Shown here: in pieces, positions 33,300 to 35,240 of the stretch | How the letters are laid out: the number at the start of each line of letters is the position of its first letter | Numbering within the stretch: position 1 is the first letter of the stretch | Source: Cyanobacteria bacterium P01_D01_bin.156 | GTDB taxonomy: Bacteria > Cyanobacteriota > Cyanobacteriia > Phormidesmidales > Phormidesmidaceae | DNA length: 35,240 nt | Assembly: GCA_039024555.1 (NCBI GenBank) | Contig: JBCCQQ010000064.1 | Location: 1 to 35,240, forward strand | Direction: 5' to 3' | The notes under the pieces: model-generated | What the model was told of the DNA's origin: nothing | What the model saw: only the letters and a program-made list of their open reading frames with translations | Databases searched by the model: none | Program-made: the position numbers and the translations under genes

Positions 33300-34322
33300 A
33301 TGGCAGGTGAGGTAATTAAACTTTTGATCACATTGGGGGATATGGCAGGGATTGGCCCTGAAGTTGTCCTCAAGGCATTACCCCTGATTCAGCAGACCGC
33401 CCAGATTACCCTAGTGGGCAATCACCAACAACTGATGGACCTTAGCCAGCATTTAAAGCTGCCGCTGGGAGACTATCCAATCATTGATGTGCCTTTGGGT
33501 AGCGACCAATCCATCAAACTAGGTGAGGAAAGTGCCACCAGCGGTGATTTGAGTTTTCGCAGCCTGCAAACGGCTATTACTTACTGTCTCAAGGATAGTT
33601 ACGACGGTGTCGTCACAGCGCCCATTGCAAAATCTGCCTGGCTAGCGGCAAGGCATCATTATCCTGGCCAAACAGAGCTGCTGGCAGAGATGGCTAATGT
33701 AAACCGATTTGGCATGCTGTTTGTGGCCCGATCTCCCCAAACCCAGTGGACCCTATGTACATTACTGGCCACCACCCACATTCCGCTACGCGAAGTACCA
33801 GAAGCACTGACGCCAGAGGTGATGACGCTCAAGCTAGAACTGTTACTGGAATGTTTGGAACAGGACTTTGGGATTCGAGAACCTTGGATTGCTATCGCAG
33901 GCCTCAATCCCCACAGTGGTGAACAGGGGCAGCTAGGCCGTGAAGAAGTCGCCTGGCTAATTCCTTGGCTAAATCAACAGCGACAGCGATTTCCCCATGC
34001 CACCCTGGACGGTCCTGTTCCTCCGGACACCCTATGGGTTACCCCAGCTCAGGCTTGGCAATTTCCCAACAAACCAGCCCATCATGGCTATCTAGCGCTC
34101 TACCATGACCAGGGGTTAATTCCAGTTAAAATGCTGGCCTTTGACCAGGCTGTGAATACCACCATTGGCTTACCCTTTATTCGCACTTCTCCAGACCATG
34201 GCACCGCCTTTGATATTGCCGGTCAAGGCATCGCTCGCCCCGATAGCATGGTGGCCGCCATCAACCTTGCCATTGACCTCGCCACCCAACGCCAGAAGAA
34301 TCAGCAGTATGCACAAAAGTAA
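33300..34322 (+). CDS. pdxA: 4-hydroxythreonine-4-phosphate dehydrogenase
   Basis: [65 protein letters not shown] 33300 preferred over TTG 33279. Confidence 0.96.
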   Translation: MAGEVIKLLITLGDMAGIGPEVVLKALPLIQQTAQITLVGNHQQLMDLSQHLKLPLGDYPIIDVPLGSDQSIKLGEESATSGDLSFRSLQTAITYCLKDSYDGVVTAPIAKSAWLAARHHYPGQTELLAEMANVNRFGMLFVARSPQTQWTLCTLLATTHIPLREVPEALTPEVMTLKLELLLECLEQDFGIREPWIAIAGLNPHSGEQGQLGREEVAWLIPWLNQQRQRFPHATLDGPVPPDTLWVTPAQAWQFPNKPAHHGYLALYHDQGLIPVKMLAFDQAVNTTIGLPFIRTSPDHGTAFDIAGQGIARPDSMVAAINLAIDLATQRQKNQQYAQK

Positions 34323-34402
34323 TTTCTCTGTATAAAAAGTTACCTATCTTTACAGTAGCCCTCCGTTAATTCCCTAGGAAGGTACTAGAAAAGTTACGCG
34401 GT

Positions 34403-34421
34403 AGTACAGTTTTTCTATACT
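34403..34421 (+). promoter_or_regulatory. LexA-box-like site overlapping a TATACT -10 element
   Basis: AGTACAGTTTTTCT (34403-34416) differs at one position from the cyanobacterial LexA consensus RGTACNNNDGTWCB; TATACT at 34416-34421. Confidence 0.45.
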
Positions 34422-34528
34422 GAGACCCTATGTAGCTAAAAAACCTTGAGAATTAAGGGATTTCAGTACCCCAAAACGGCTTTTGATTTGTACAATAGAC
34501 TCATTACAAGTTTTGTTTCAAGGAACCT

Positions 34529-34557
34529 TAGGGAAGTTAGCGCTTCCCTATTTTTTT
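34529..34557 (+). terminator. Intrinsic terminator on the plus strand
   Basis: TAGGGAAG-TTAGCG-CTTCCCTA followed by T7. Confidence 0.82.
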
Positions 34558-34758
34558 AGAAATGTTTTCTAGACTACTAAAGAAATCACGGTTCGGCATA
34601 CATTTGCACTAGTCGAAGAATCGTCAAGTTACAGTGCGACGAGAAAAAACGGTCTGTGATACCCAATCAGGAGCACTTGCTTGGCTTAAAACTGACCTCT
34701 GTAGATTGCCAACTTGATGTATGACCTAACTTTGAAGCGTAGTATTTACGTCAAGAGA

Positions 34759-35100
34759 CTAATCAAATGTTTTCTGACGTTGTTCCAATATAAATTTTTC
34801 TACTTCTTCACGGCTGTAAAAAGGCCTATATAACTTTCTTTGAAGTAGGGCATCGGCCAATCGCTCACAGTCTCTGTCTTGCCAATCAGGTATTTGAATA
34901 GTTGAAGGTAAAAGTGCATTACATATCAGCGGTGGGTTCTCGCCCTTAAGCTGCTCAGGTGTCAGTCCTTGAACCGAACGCAAATCTACTGACAGAAGAA
35001 TCGCTCCGCTAAGATTGACTCCAGCCAAAATGGCACCTTGAAAATTTACACCAGTTAAATCTGCTTTCTCTAAATTCGCAACACGCAAATCTGCATTTTT
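34759..35100 (-). pseudogene. 3' remnant of a pentapeptide-repeat protein gene interrupted by an insertion sequence
   Basis: A(D/N)Lxx repeats (NADLR VANLE KADLT GVNFQ GAILA GVNLS GAILL SVDLR) start abruptly at 35100; the ORF-track N-terminus MMFCQCVSP is read from the IS end. Confidence 0.72.
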
Positions 35101-35240
35101 AGGACTTACGCATTGACAGAACATCAAAGATATGGGGTGATACGGATAGTCTTAGTGCCCTAGCCCCTGTCAAGTGATGCGCCAGCTATCCAAGCCGTCT
35201 ACTGCCCAATGTAACTGCAGCCTCTACACCTTATTCCTGA
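35100..35240 (+). mobile_element. Left end of a probable IS701-family insertion sequence (continues beyond the window)
   Basis: Begins TAGGACTTACGCATTGACA, which I recognise as a common cyanobacterial IS terminus, and is followed by a transposase-like ORF start. Family assignment is from memory. Confidence 0.68.
35177..35240 (+). CDS. Probable transposase N-terminus (truncated by the window edge)
   Basis: ATG 35177 gives MRQLSKPSTAQCNCSLYTLFL; KPSTAxC..YTLFL resembles N-termini of cyanobacterial IS701-type transposases. Only 21 codons are visible. Confidence 0.6.
   Translation, partial: MRQLSKPSTAQCNCSLYTLFL

Noticed and set aside
34515..34550. GTTTCAAGGAACC... as a possible CRISPR repeat after a leader-like region
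   Set aside because: Single copy, no GAAAC-type 3' end, no spacers and no cas genes; better explained as a terminator hairpin.

Overview
Mostly core-genome DNA from a cyanobacterium, shown by the split rpoC1/rpoC2, kaiABC, psbA, a cytochrome c6-family gene and at least 11 HIP1 GCGATCGC octamers. Gene order: psbA 5' end (missed by the ORF track), cofG, pilT2-type ATPase, rpsB-tsf with an S2/t44-type leader, conserved hypothetical gene + recG, small LapA-like membrane protein, orphan ABC ATPase, tRNA-Arg(CCG), kaiA-kaiB-kaiC, hypothetical, cytochrome c6B/C + nadK, SH3 protein, then rpsT-tatD-rpoB-rpoC1-rpoC2 on the minus strand, hisD, SRPBCC-like protein, hslO, DUF1537 four-carbon acid sugar kinase, DsbA-like lipoprotein, pdxA, and at the right edge a pentapeptide-repeat gene cut by a probable IS701-family element. 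I found no large novel multi-gene system. The best leads are two unannotated candidate small RNAs (minus strand ~9164-9344 with strand-specific G-U hairpins; plus strand ~34428-34557 behind a LexA-like box overlapping a -10), the DUF1537 kinase-pdxA neighbourhood as a possible vitamin B6 precursor route, a 301-bp kaiB-kaiC spacer, and low-complexity C-terminal tails on RpoB, S2 and EF-Ts. All calls come from reading the sequence and recalling motifs; no searches were run.
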